In this document: positions 38,612 through 48,021 of the stretch, piece by piece
Position numbering within the stretch: position 1 is the first letter of the stretch
Layout: every line of letters begins with the position of its first letter
Notes under the pieces: generated by a model
Told to the model about the DNA's origin: nothing
What the model saw: the letters and a program-made list of their open reading frames with translations, nothing else
The model's database searches: none
Source of the DNA: an uncultured virus (IMG/VR IMGVR_UViG_3300026493_000141)
Taxonomy: Duplodnaviria; Heunggongvirae; Uroviricota; Caudoviricetes
IMG/VR virus record: IMGVR_UViG_3300026493_000141
Span: 1-64,000 of that record
Strand: one strand, 5' to 3'
DNA length: 64,000 bases
Program-made: the position numbers and the translations under genes

Positions 38612-39151
38612 TTATTCTACTGGAATTGTAGGGTTAATATTAGGCTGATATACATGTAGTTCATTATACACTTCATCATGCTCTTTTCCTGTAGTTAACT
38701 CTTTTACGCAACGAGTAATTGTTCTAATAAAGATATGAGGCTTCTCAATATCAAAGTTCTCAAATTCTTTATCTGTATCAGCAATGAGAGTCTGACGTGT
38801 TTTACCAAAAATAGTCTCTACTGTCTGGCGAATATGCTTATCACCAAATTCAATATCACTATCAATAGCCTTTACAAAGATACTTGACATCTCCATACAC
38901 TCATCATTTTTACCGTAATACTTTTCATTATATAATACGTCAGTGATAGACATTTCTTGAGAGTTAATATCATCTTTATGATGATATACAAAACGAAGAA
39001 ACTTATCAGATGATAAGTTCTTCAGTAATGTAGCTGTAATATTTCTATCCATTTCCGATATGATATTATTCTCTACCATGTGATCATATCGTGCTTGCAT
39101 TGTTTTTATTAATTGACCAATATGTTCTAGTCCGTCTCCAAATATATGCAT
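38612..39151 (-). CDS. paralog family A protein
   Basis: ATG 39151 (SD GAGGAG); ELHVYQP. Confidence 0.7.
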   Translation of the reverse strand: MHIFGDGLEHIGQLIKTMQARYDHMVENNIISEMDRNITATLLKNLSSDKFLRFVYHHKDDINSQEMSITDVLYNEKYYGKNDECMEMSSIFVKAIDSDIEFGDKHIRQTVETIFGKTRQTLIADTDKEFENFDIEKPHIFIRTITRCVKELTTGKEHDEVYNELHVYQPNINPTIPVE

Positions 39152-39152
39152 A

Positions 39153-39758
39153 CTAGTTCTCCTCACTTTCTGTAAATTCTTCAAATAAGGTACCTGGCAT
39201 TAGAATATGTAATGAGTATTCAGGTTTCGTACTTGTAGCAGAGCGTTCTGCAAATATACGATGAGATTCATAATCTTTTACTAGTGCAATAATAATCTCT
39301 TTTTTACCCGGGAACTTAGTAAGTTTTTCGGATGTAGTTGTCATGATTTCCAATTGTCCAGTATGTGTCATTTTCTGTGACGTATGGATACATTTATTAC
39401 CTTTAAGAATAGCGTCAGCACCCTTAACGATATCCACTCGTCGAGTGGTAGTTTTATTACCAATAATTTCAGAGATATTTGGAACTTCTCCCACAGGGTA
39501 TTGCATATTCGTAGGAACTGTTTCATCCATATCAATACACTTAAATGCGAAGTCTAAGAAGTCCTTCGAGAATAATGAGCAATCCCCACCATCGTATAAG
39601 TGTACTAATTTAAGTCCATATGTATCATCTTGTAGTAATGTTTTAATTGCATCTGTATGATCTTGTGAGAAGTGTAATGATGAATTCTTAGGAAGGAATT
39701 TATCCAGCCCGTCCTTCTCGATATGTTGTAATGTAAGTTCTTTTGATAGTGTAATCAT
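39153..39758 (-). CDS. paralog family A protein
   Basis: VHLYDG...FLDFA, SLHILMP. Confidence 0.72.
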   Translation of the reverse strand: MITLSKELTLQHIEKDGLDKFLPKNSSLHFSQDHTDAIKTLLQDDTYGLKLVHLYDGGDCSLFSKDFLDFAFKCIDMDETVPTNMQYPVGEVPNISEIIGNKTTTRRVDIVKGADAILKGNKCIHTSQKMTHTGQLEIMTTTSEKLTKFPGKKEIIIALVKDYESHRIFAERSATSTKPEYSLHILMPGTLFEEFTESEEN

Positions 39759-40333
39759 TATTTATTCTCTCCCTTTTCTGTAGTTGGTACATATACCATA
39801 ATATGTCGGTAAACACCCATAACGTCAGCAGGTTTATACCATTGCATTTCATTATTTGGGCGTGTAGCTATTTCTACTTCTACTTCGCATATAATAACAT
39901 TATTTATAAACATTGGAATTGCTACACCATCTTCATCACAAGCGGTACATGATTCCATAATTTCAGTTTGCATAACACCATTACGATTCATATATGCAAA
40001 GTTTTTAATTTTTCTTGTTTTAGGTTGATAAGTTCCAAATAATACTGTAACTTTATGAGTATCAAATGAATCGAATGGTTTTACACCAATTCGAGATATG
40101 TGCTTGTTTGTAGCCTCATCGATAAATGTAAACATATCATTCTGACCTTCGAAGATTGCAATACTATCGATAACCTTTTCACCTTGTGCGAGTCTATCTA
40201 AGATAATATCATGATGCTCATGTAGTAATGAGCCATCTCTACATAATTTTGTAATTTTATTAAGTCCTTTATCTATATTCTCTAAGCGAATATTTTCATA
40301 TACTTTCTCAGCCTTATGTAAGTCTGTCGTCAT
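39758..40333 (-). CDS. paralog family A protein
   Basis: IAIFEG...FIDEAT, VTVLFG, IMVYVP. Confidence 0.72.
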   Translation of the reverse strand: MTTDLHKAEKVYENIRLENIDKGLNKITKLCRDGSLLHEHHDIILDRLAQGEKVIDSIAIFEGQNDMFTFIDEATNKHISRIGVKPFDSFDTHKVTVLFGTYQPKTRKIKNFAYMNRNGVMQTEIMESCTACDEDGVAIPMFINNVIICEVEVEIATRPNNEMQWYKPADVMGVYRHIMVYVPTTEKGENK

Positions 40334-40426
40334 TTCTATTTCCTCCTCTAAGGTTTCTCAATATAATGTAGGATGATTTCTAAAAAATGACAAAAAAGAA
40401 GAGTAGACCGAAGTCTACTCTCTTTC

Positions 40427-41473
40427 TTAGTATTTATCACGAACTGTGATATATGCACCATGAACCCATTCGTCATCATTGATGCAGTACCAATCACCTT
40501 GACGTGTCCAAACGCGTACTTGTGCACCGCTTGTAAGTTGTTTCTTAATAGAGAAGTTTGTTCCTGGACCTGTACGTACATTTAATACAGATGCTGTTAC
40601 TACAGCTCCACCAGAAATAAAGTCTCCACCTACGTCAGAACGAACCCATCCAGAACCTAAGTTCCACCAAATGTAACCGTCTTCACCTTTGACATAACCG
40701 TAGTATAAATACTCAAGTTTATCAAGTGTTTTAACGATTCTTGAATTTGTAGATGGCTGTTCACGTAAACGTACACCAGTGCCAGTTACTTTTACACGAC
40801 CAATTGGAAGACCTGCGTTTTTATCAACAAGACTACCACTGTCAGGTGCAATGCTTGGAGGTGGTGTTGGAACACTCGCTCCAGTATACCATTCAAGTGT
40901 TTTATCACCTAATAGCATATTTACATCAGAACGTGTTTGGATACCTGGAATGTTACCGTACTCAGTATATTGCCAAATATCTACACGCATTTTTGGTTTA
41001 GGACCATCTGGGTTAGGAGATTTGTTAGCTCCGTAACGTGGTACCCAAACGAAGTCAGCATCCACTTTATCCATACGGAATTCATCCCATACGTGATGAC
41101 CAGTGTATAAGCCAACTTTCCATCCTGCTTTACGTAACTCATCAACGTAAGCTTGTGTAGCAGGAAGCATTAAATCAGGGCGTCCTTTGATTGTCAATTC
41201 TTCTACATCGACAACTAAGAACTTCGCATCTTTATCCGCACGTTTCATGAAGTCACGTGCTTCCACACGAGCATCTTCGACGCTTACGAATAAAGCATAT
41301 GCATAGTGACCGAAAGGAATACCGTATTGTTTACAGCCTTCAACGAAAGACTTATACTTTCTATCAACCGTGTTAGAACCGTATTGGACACGAATGATTG
41401 CTAAGTCTAAGTATTTACTAGCTAAAGACCAATCTACAGTATTATGATGGGAAATATCAACGATGAAACCCAT
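40427..41473 (-). CDS. endolysin: GH25 muramidase plus two SH3b cell-wall-binding domains
   Basis: IVDISHHN, FGHYAY, VVDVEE, WQYTE...DVN; Pro-rich linker; VRLREQPST and LNVRTGPGT SH3b repeats. Confidence 0.93.
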   Translation of the reverse strand: MGFIVDISHHNTVDWSLASKYLDLAIIRVQYGSNTVDRKYKSFVEGCKQYGIPFGHYAYALFVSVEDARVEARDFMKRADKDAKFLVVDVEELTIKGRPDLMLPATQAYVDELRKAGWKVGLYTGHHVWDEFRMDKVDADFVWVPRYGANKSPNPDGPKPKMRVDIWQYTEYGNIPGIQTRSDVNMLLGDKTLEWYTGASVPTPPPSIAPDSGSLVDKNAGLPIGRVKVTGTGVRLREQPSTNSRIVKTLDKLEYLYYGYVKGEDGYIWWNLGSGWVRSDVGGDFISGGAVVTASVLNVRTGPGTNFSIKKQLTSGAQVRVWTRQGDWYCINDDEWVHGAYITVRDKY

Positions 41474-41519
41474 ATATATCCACTCCTTTTAAGTAAGATA
41501 TGAGACAAGTTTGTTGTCT

Positions 41520-41531
41520 CAATATATTGTT
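41520..41531 (-). promoter_or_regulatory. late-type promoter (endolysin)
   Basis: AACA ATATAT TG followed by a 5' hairpin. Confidence 0.7.
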
Positions 41532-41589
41532 AAGAGTGAAGATGGGTGGGGAGTTCATAATGGAGACAAAAAAAAGGAATAACCTAGAA

Positions 41590-41901
41590 TTAGGCTACTC
41601 CTAATCCACTCTTCATGATACGCATCTGCGGTATGAATATGTGGATTGTCCTATCTTTAAATACTTTGGTGATATCTAATGGATGGACGACATGTACTTC
41701 AACGGCGGCTTTAAAGGCTGCACCATCTTTGAAACCAGTATAGAAGATAACGTTCTCAACATCGTCAGTTAAAGTAACTTCGTCAAATAATTCTTCTACT
41801 TCAAATTTAGTTAAGATACCAGTTCTAATGATTGTACCGTTAACATAAGCTTCGTTCTCCTGCATAAATCTTGAAAATTCTGAGTCAGTAAATTTTTTCA
41901 T
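41590..41901 (-). CDS. short paralog family A protein (internal deletion)
   Basis: GILTKFEV...VIFYTG...IHIFIPQ.R. Confidence 0.7.
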   Translation of the reverse strand: MKKFTDSEFSRFMQENEAYVNGTIIRTGILTKFEVEELFDEVTLTDDVENVIFYTGFKDGAAFKAAVEVHVVHPLDITKVFKDRTIHIFIPQMRIMKSGLGVA

Positions 41902-41941
41902 AATAATAAATCCCCTTTATAATTAGTATAGTTTTGATGTA

Positions 41942-41960
41942 TTCACTAATATAATATGTA
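41942..41960 (-). promoter_or_regulatory. early-type promoter
   Basis: CATATTAT ATTAG TGAA. Confidence 0.6.
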
Positions 41961-42059
41961 ACTGAAAAGGGGGTTATTACGGAACATAGATTTACGGTCA
42001 GGAGCATAGTAAAACAGACAAAAAAATAAAAGGTAGGAATGAACCTACCTTTCATTATA

Positions 42060-42560
42060 TTACTCAGATAAACGACTCTGAGGAATATATACTCGCAATG
42101 CTCTGAAACTCGGGATAGAATGAGGAGTGACAATGCCTCCAAAACCACGTGTCGCTCCACGACCGACATGGGAGCATACCGTAGCAGTAAGATGATCTGC
42201 ATTAAATGCTGGTAATTGATTGGTCGATAATGGTTTACGATTGTATTCGACATATCTTCCAACTTCCACATCGTTTAATACAGGTTCAATTTTAACTGTA
42301 TCAGTTCGACTTGTAGTCTTATGTTCTCGAACAATTTCTTTCTCAGTACATCCTTGTAAACGGAATGCTTCGTTATGACGTCCTCCGAAATACACTTCAA
42401 CAATATCGATTTCTTTGTCTTTAAATACATCTAATAAAACATCAAACTCGTTAGAAGTGATATAGCCTAAGGTAAAGAAGTGATTCACATACTCTTCACC
42501 CATTTCTTGAATATCGATAGGTTGTACTGTTAGTACTTTTTCTGTAGTTAATTTAATCAT
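42060..42560 (-). CDS. paralog family A protein (recent duplicate of 42642)
   Basis: VNHFFTL.Y.TSNE, VEVYFG.RH, GCT.KEI, ATVC.H, LRVYIPQ.R shared. Confidence 0.8.
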   Translation of the reverse strand: MIKLTTEKVLTVQPIDIQEMGEEYVNHFFTLGYITSNEFDVLLDVFKDKEIDIVEVYFGGRHNEAFRLQGCTEKEIVREHKTTSRTDTVKIEPVLNDVEVGRYVEYNRKPLSTNQLPAFNADHLTATVCSHVGRGATRGFGGIVTPHSIPSFRALRVYIPQSRLSE

Positions 42561-42565
42561 TGCCG

Positions 42566-42630
42566 TCTCCTCTTAGCTATCCAATTTTTCATTAGATAGT
42601 GAGGGCTGTTATGGACAGCCCTCGAACCTT
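42566..42630 (-). repeat. 65-nt leader repeat / two-hairpin element (copy 2)
   Basis: 60/65 identical to 43169-43233. Confidence 0.85.
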
Positions 42631-42641
42631 ATTATATAATA

Positions 42642-43163
42642 TTACTTTACTTCATGACCTGGACGTACACGTTCTTGTGGAATGTATACACGCAATACAA
42701 TTTCATGTGAATGTGAAGCTCTATTACGAGGTCCAACTTCAAATCGACGAACTGTTTTACGACTTGTATGATGACAAACTGTAGCATTGATATTGTCAAA
42801 GTTAATCATTGGTCGTGAATGCACAACAGTGTTACGATTTACTTCAACATAGTTTCCTAAACTAACTGCACCAAATTCTGCAACTGGGAAGATATTCACT
42901 ACACGAGATTCTTCTTCACCAGGTTTCTTCATGCGAATTTCTTTTTGTGTGCAACCGTTAAATAGGAACTCTTCAACATGTCGTGCACCAAAGTATACTT
43001 CAACTTTGTTAATAGTATGTGCACGATATACATTCATTAAAGCTTCTAATTCATTAGATGTAACGTAATCTAAAGTAAAGAAGTGATTTACCCACTCATT
43101 ACCTTTTTCTAAAATCTCTTTTTCTGTTACTTCTAATACGTCTGCTGTAGTCATTTCGATCAT
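42642..43163 (-). CDS. paralog family A protein
   Basis: Shares the motifs listed for 42060. Confidence 0.8.
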   Translation of the reverse strand: MIEMTTADVLEVTEKEILEKGNEWVNHFFTLDYVTSNELEALMNVYRAHTINKVEVYFGARHVEEFLFNGCTQKEIRMKKPGEEESRVVNIFPVAEFGAVSLGNYVEVNRNTVVHSRPMINFDNINATVCHHTSRKTVRRFEVGPRNRASHSHEIVLRVYIPQERVRPGHEVK

Positions 43164-43168
43164 TGTTT

Positions 43169-43233
43169 TCTCCTCTTAGCTATCTAATTTTTCATTAGAT
43201 AGTAAGGGTTGTTATGGACAACCCTCAAACCTT
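43169..43233 (-). repeat. 65-nt leader repeat / two-hairpin element (copy 3)
   Basis: 60/65 identical to 42566-42630. Confidence 0.85.
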
Positions 43234-43245
43234 TATATGTTTTTA

Positions 43246-43755
43246 TTATTTATTTTCTTGTAAACGTTCTTGCGGAATATAGATATTTAATGTTGTTACA
43301 GGTAATGCAATTGCAGCACGTTGCTGTCCAAACGTTTCATGTAATCGTTCGATAGTAATTGTTGCTGTTACATCTGTAGCTTTGAATCCAGCTTGAACCA
43401 TATTGGAATTCTCTAAGTTAGCGCCAGTACGGTCAATAGATTCAGTCCCTTTAGTCACAGTACCAAATTGAACAGTTACTTCAACTGTTTTATTTCGTTT
43501 TGCAAATGTTTGATGTGTAGTATGGAATTTAGCTGTGCATGCATCATAAGCAAAGAACTCACCTTGCACTGTTCCAAAGTACACTCGTACATGTGTAAAT
43601 TTATTTTGTGGATTAGTGTAAATACCATGTAGCATATTTGCTTCAGTTTTATTTAATAATCCTTGATTTAAAAATGCTTGTTTATACTCTTCCCCTGAAG
43701 TTTGTACCACTTCATCGGTTACTCTTAAAATTGAATTCGTATCGATTTTTAACAT
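43246..43755 (-). CDS. paralog family A protein
   Basis: ATG 43755 (SD GAGGAGG); VRVYFG...DACT, LNIYIPQER. Confidence 0.78.
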   Translation of the reverse strand: MLKIDTNSILRVTDEVVQTSGEEYKQAFLNQGLLNKTEANMLHGIYTNPQNKFTHVRVYFGTVQGEFFAYDACTAKFHTTHQTFAKRNKTVEVTVQFGTVTKGTESIDRTGANLENSNMVQAGFKATDVTATITIERLHETFGQQRAAIALPVTTLNIYIPQERLQENK

Positions 43756-43881
43756 AAGTTTCTCCTCCTCATACAATCTTTAATTGTATGAATGATATTT
43801 GTCTGGTATATCGGACCATAGTTTTTATATCTATATTGTAAGCTAGGAGGGAGGGTATGGGGACCCTTCTCCTAGGTGTTA

Positions 43882-44346
43882 CTAACCTAAATACACATGA
43901 AGTGATTTAATAACAACAATTTTTGTAACTCTCTGATCCTTTCGAATCTTATGGTTGTATGTTACAGTTGCTGCAAATTGATTTTGTTTGCAACGACCTG
44001 ATACCTGGGATAATAATCCTACACTAAAAGGATCATCGTAGTCATCATTTGCACCGATAATAATATCCGATGTCAATACTTTTACTCGTTGAATCCATAC
44101 ATATCCCATATCTTGACGATAAACTGTCGTACATGCACCGCCACAGAAACGGTTGTAATCGTCAATATATTTATCGTATACATGTAATTCTGAAATGTCA
44201 CCTTTCGCTAACTCGACTTTAAGAACTTCAAAGTTCTTTTTAGAAAGCTTTCCTGCGGAAATGTGTTCTTTTAACAATACCATCATTTCAGAAGTGAGTT
44301 CTTCCGATGGCTTGTTTTGAGAAGGTGATACTTTAATCGATTTCAT
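43882..44346 (-). CDS. paralog family A protein
   Basis: ATG 44346; LHVYD...GACT, VKVLTSDIIIG, LHVYLG. Confidence 0.72.
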   Translation of the reverse strand: MKSIKVSPSQNKPSEELTSEMMVLLKEHISAGKLSKKNFEVLKVELAKGDISELHVYDKYIDDYNRFCGGACTTVYRQDMGYVWIQRVKVLTSDIIIGANDDYDDPFSVGLLSQVSGRCKQNQFAATVTYNHKIRKDQRVTKIVVIKSLHVYLG

Positions 44347-44422
44347 AGTTCCCCTTTTCTTACTCAAGTTTTAATTGAGTAGGTAATGTTTCATGGATAA
44401 CATTCAACCTTTTTTTATGGTG

Positions 44423-44442
44423 CTCACTATTATAATATATAG
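44423..44442 (-). promoter_or_regulatory. early-type promoter
   Basis: CTATATATTAT AATAG TGAG. Confidence 0.75.
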
Positions 44443-44484
44443 TCAATTATATCTTTATTACGAAAAAAAAGAAAAGTAGAATCC

Positions 44485-45024
44485 TTAACGGATTCTACTC
44501 TCTGGAATGTAAATATGAAGATACACTTTACTATCTTCTTTATAGTGATAAGACGGATGTTCTTTGACTGTCTTATCCATTTCATATGTTTCTATTACAT
44601 GTAACTTGTTTACATCGAATACAGATTTGCAATTATCTGAAGTGGACGTGTCACGCATTTGTCCAGTCTGAGTACGATGAGTTGTTTGTTTTCGTTTAAA
44701 ACCAACTGACATGTCGGTCAGTACTGGTCGTACTACTTTTGCAGACGTTACCGTTTTTTTCACTTCAGGTACGTCCTTATATACGAATTGATTTTCATTA
44801 TATGTAGCACTATGTTCGAAACGATAAATATCAGCGTTTCCAATATAAAAAATAACAGTCGCTTCATTTAATTCTTCACATGAAGCACCGTTAACGATGG
44901 TAGATAATTCTTCTGATGTTAGTATTTCTAATTTTGGATTATGTAACGCCTTCTTAATTTCTTTTATATTATTTGTTAAGATGCGTTGTAGTACATATCG
45001 TTTCATCTCTATTGTTTCAGTCAT
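44485..45024 (-). CDS. paralog family A protein
   Basis: VIFYIG...F..SAT, LHIYIPESR. Confidence 0.75.
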   Translation of the reverse strand: MTETIEMKRYVLQRILTNNIKEIKKALHNPKLEILTSEELSTIVNGASCEELNEATVIFYIGNADIYRFEHSATYNENQFVYKDVPEVKKTVTSAKVVRPVLTDMSVGFKRKQTTHRTQTGQMRDTSTSDNCKSVFDVNKLHVIETYEMDKTVKEHPSYHYKEDSKVYLHIYIPESRIR

Positions 45025-45106
45025 GAATATCTCCCTCTCCGGTTTCTCTCTATTATATGGATGTACAGATATTCATAAATGATTACAAAAAAAGAATAGG
45101 GATTCC

Positions 45107-45631
45107 CTATTCTTCTCCAATCACATACGCTTGAGGAACATAGATACTTAGTACAGTACCTAGGTCATCCGTATGTGTTCTATCTCCATCTTCCGTTTTA
45201 TTTACTTTATTATTCTTAATAACTGTAACCAATTGGTCAGCCATTTCACATGATACATATTTATGATAGTTCTCTGTATCGATGCCACCTGATAGCTTCT
45301 TAATAATCGTAGATGTTTCTCGGTGTACCCCTGTTGTAATAAGACCGATCAATACATTACAAGTTGTGCTATGTGTTGCTATTTTGATATTCTCACCTTC
45401 ATGAATAGTAGACATCATTGTTTTTGTATAGCAAGCTGTATTCTTAAAATCATCTAAATCCTTTTCTCCAAAGTAAAATGTAATTTCTTTAATCGTTTTA
45501 TCTTTCTCTAACTCTTGCGTTGCTACTGAATCAATTGTTGCTAAAGCTGTAGGCTCAACCAACTCCTGCATTCCTCCAAAGAACAATTCCTTCATTTTCT
45601 CCGTTACAAAGAATCCTTTCATCTTAGCCAT
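45107..45631 (-). CDS. paralog family A protein
   Basis: ITFYFG...F..TAC, NVLIGLITTG, LSIYVPQ. Confidence 0.75.
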   Translation of the reverse strand: MAKMKGFFVTEKMKELFFGGMQELVEPTALATIDSVATQELEKDKTIKEITFYFGEKDLDDFKNTACYTKTMMSTIHEGENIKIATHSTTCNVLIGLITTGVHRETSTIIKKLSGGIDTENYHKYVSCEMADQLVTVIKNNKVNKTEDGDRTHTDDLGTVLSIYVPQAYVIGEE

Positions 45632-46266
45632 CCCTCTTCCGTTAATTTTTTTACATTTATATCTGTTAGTTTATAATCGCCTTTAAATACATTATGATCA
45701 ACGTTACCGAATCTAGTTTCCCCGTCTTGGATTTCCATTACATCCATGCCATCATTCGTAAGAGTCTGTAAAGAGAATGTACAATACGGATATGATTTAG
45801 AAATCTCTTCTAGCTTCTTTCTTGTACTTTCTAATTTATCATAATCTTTATCAATATAAATACTATATTGATGCATGTTATCATTAAAGATAATACGCTC
45901 ACCTTCCAATACTCGTATGCCAGCTCGCAATTGACCTGCTATCAATATTGGGTCAAATTTATTATATTTGTCATATTGTTTAGAGTCTTCCTTTTTCAAT
46001 GCTTCTATGATATCATCAGCTCTCGCCATGACCATATCGATATCATATGATTCAAACTGTTCATAATGGTCCATTACATACTGTGCCATGATTGATAGTT
46101 TATCCCAAATGTATTTAGAGTTAATACTATCCACAATTCTATTATGGAATTGAACCAATAATGTATTATCTAAAGAGAGCGAATGTATATCCGCTCTCAA
46201 TCCTTTATCTTCTTCTACGATGCCTTCTATTAATATTCTAAGTTCAACTATCTTCTTCATTCCCAT
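45619..46266 (-). CDS. paralog family B protein
   Basis: NRIV...QYVMDHY..F...FDP...LEG...ISKSYP shared with 52313-54197. Confidence 0.7.
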   Translation of the reverse strand: MGMKKIVELRILIEGIVEEDKGLRADIHSLSLDNTLLVQFHNRIVDSINSKYIWDKLSIMAQYVMDHYEQFESYDIDMVMARADDIIEALKKEDSKQYDKYNKFDPILIAGQLRAGIRVLEGERIIFNDNMHQYSIYIDKDYDKLESTRKKLEEISKSYPYCTFSLQTLTNDGMDVMEIQDGETRFGNVDHNVFKGDYKLTDINVKKLTEEGWLR

Positions 46267-46901
46267 TCACCATCCAGTGTTAATTCTGATGCCATCACGT
46301 TCGGAACATAGATGTGAACAAAGTTTGCAGTAAATTCTTTATCCTTCACACCATCAGGCTCCATGATAGAAGAAGAATGACGATAGTGAGACAATGTTAC
46401 CATAAAGAATGTATTATCCCATACTGGTGATACATAATGGAATGAATCTGGGATAAGATTACGAGTCGGTCCATTTGCAAAATGCTCCTCAACATTTACT
46501 GCCATCATCATACCTAGTTTCGGCTTAGGTAGATGGCTAGGCACATCACCATCATCTATAATAACTGTTTTTAACATTTCATAATCAGTGTCAGCGATAT
46601 CCATCCCAGGTCTTCTACTAGATAGGTGAATATCATCCATACCATAAGTCTCAAAATCATTATGCTCATCTGTACCATAATATAGGTAGAATCCATCAAT
46701 GGTTTTTCCTAATGATTGGATTTGAGCATGAATTTTACCCGCCAACATATCATACTTTCCTTCAAAGAAGTATGTGCGTTTACGCGGTAATACTTGAAGC
46801 AATGCGTTTTTAATCGTAAAGACCGTTAGGTCAGTACGCTTCGGTTTGTTCATTCTTTCACACTTTCGATACGGTTTGAAGATTGTGTCTAAACTTGTCA
46901 T
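46257..46901 (-). CDS. paralog family A protein (divergent)
   Basis: FYLYYG...F, VHIYVP. Confidence 0.68.
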   Translation of the reverse strand: MTSLDTIFKPYRKCERMNKPKRTDLTVFTIKNALLQVLPRKRTYFFEGKYDMLAGKIHAQIQSLGKTIDGFYLYYGTDEHNDFETYGMDDIHLSSRRPGMDIADTDYEMLKTVIIDDGDVPSHLPKPKLGMMMAVNVEEHFANGPTRNLIPDSFHYVSPVWDNTFFMVTLSHYRHSSSIMEPDGVKDKEFTANFVHIYVPNVMASELTLDGEWE

Positions 46902-46953
46902 TTTATAATTCCTCCAAGTAAATTATTGATAAAGCTTTTTACTTTATCTTGTA

Positions 46954-46971
46954 TTCATATAAATAATGTAT
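46954..46971 (-). promoter_or_regulatory. early-type promoter
   Basis: TACATTAT TTATA TGAA. Confidence 0.6.
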
Positions 46972-46985
46972 GTTTTAGAATACCG

Positions 46986-47462
46986 TTATTCCGTTTCTGG
47001 TCCAGGGATATAAATATGGAAAGCTATACTTGTCATAACCTTTGGTATATTACGCTTTCCACTCTTACGTATCTCTGTAAAGGTAGACTTTGTAACGATT
47101 GGCTTACTATAATCTCCGTAACATATTTCCTCCATCTCATCTCGACTACATGCACGGATACCAATACCAAACGTTCCTAGAAGAACATGAATGCGCTTCA
47201 TGTCGCATATATACTCGTTGTCATGCTTTACAACTTCTTTGTAAGCATACCCTGACATCTCTTCGAATGTAGGAATACCATGCTTTCCAATATGTATACC
47301 AACATGAACACATTTTGTCCAGTTGTCATCTAAAGCATTGATAATCTTATTAATCTTCTTTTTAGACAATCCTAGATTACCTAATTCTAAATAATGATAT
47401 AATGGCTCGATACCCGCTGGGGTATCGAACACTTCGTATGGTATAAACTGACTTACTCGCAT
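46986..47462 (-). CDS. paralog family A protein
   Basis: IHVLLGTFGIG, FHIYIP. Confidence 0.7.
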   Translation of the reverse strand: MRVSQFIPYEVFDTPAGIEPLYHYLELGNLGLSKKKINKIINALDDNWTKCVHVGIHIGKHGIPTFEEMSGYAYKEVVKHDNEYICDMKRIHVLLGTFGIGIRACSRDEMEEICYGDYSKPIVTKSTFTEIRKSGKRNIPKVMTSIAFHIYIPGPETE

Positions 47463-47478
47463 AATAAAACTCTCCCTT

Positions 47479-48021
47479 TCACTTCATTTTAGGTGGTACG
47501 TATATGTATAAGAAATACATCGGACGTCGATGCTCAACCGGTTTCAATTTTCCGACAGGATATGGAAGACTAAACTCTATTGTATTAACATTTGAAAATG
47601 CTCGTGTAATAAATGCAATAGGACCTCTATCATTCTCTGGAATATTCCCATTATAGAAACAATCTACACTACCACCATAAATACACCAAGTATCCACTCT
47701 ATCCGATAAATTTGTTGAACGTGGACCTGGAATACCCGATTCTAACATGAACTTTCTATCCATTAATATCGGTACAATATTAATACTATTACTAATTGTC
47801 AATGGATATAAACGCTCAGCAATATAGTGCGCGTCATACATTGGTAAAAATGCTTCACATCTTCCATGTAATGTATATGCCCATTGATTTATAATAGCTG
47901 TGGTCTGTTCCGATCTACGGGAAGTTATATCTGGTAGATAATGCATTAGAGGTAAGAATGCCTCTTTCTGAAATTTGTTAAATTGTTGAATGTGATCATC
48001 GTATACGAACATATGACTCAA
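47479..48021 (-). CDS. paralog family A protein (divergent)
   Basis: LYIYVP; N-terminus similar to 48018 (Q.EAF..L.H). Confidence 0.65.
   Translation of the reverse strand: MSHMFVYDDHIQQFNKFQKEAFLPLMHYLPDITSRRSEQTTAIINQWAYTLHGRCEAFLPMYDAHYIAERLYPLTISNSINIVPILMDRKFMLESGIPGPRSTNLSDRVDTWCIYGGSVDCFYNGNIPENDRGPIAFITRAFSNVNTIEFSLPYPVGKLKPVEHRRPMYFLYIYVPPKMK

Noticed and set aside
42566..43233. The 65-nt repeats as a CRISPR-like or mobile-element repeat
   Set aside because: The copies are separated by whole genes and include the SD; they are better explained as duplicated leaders.
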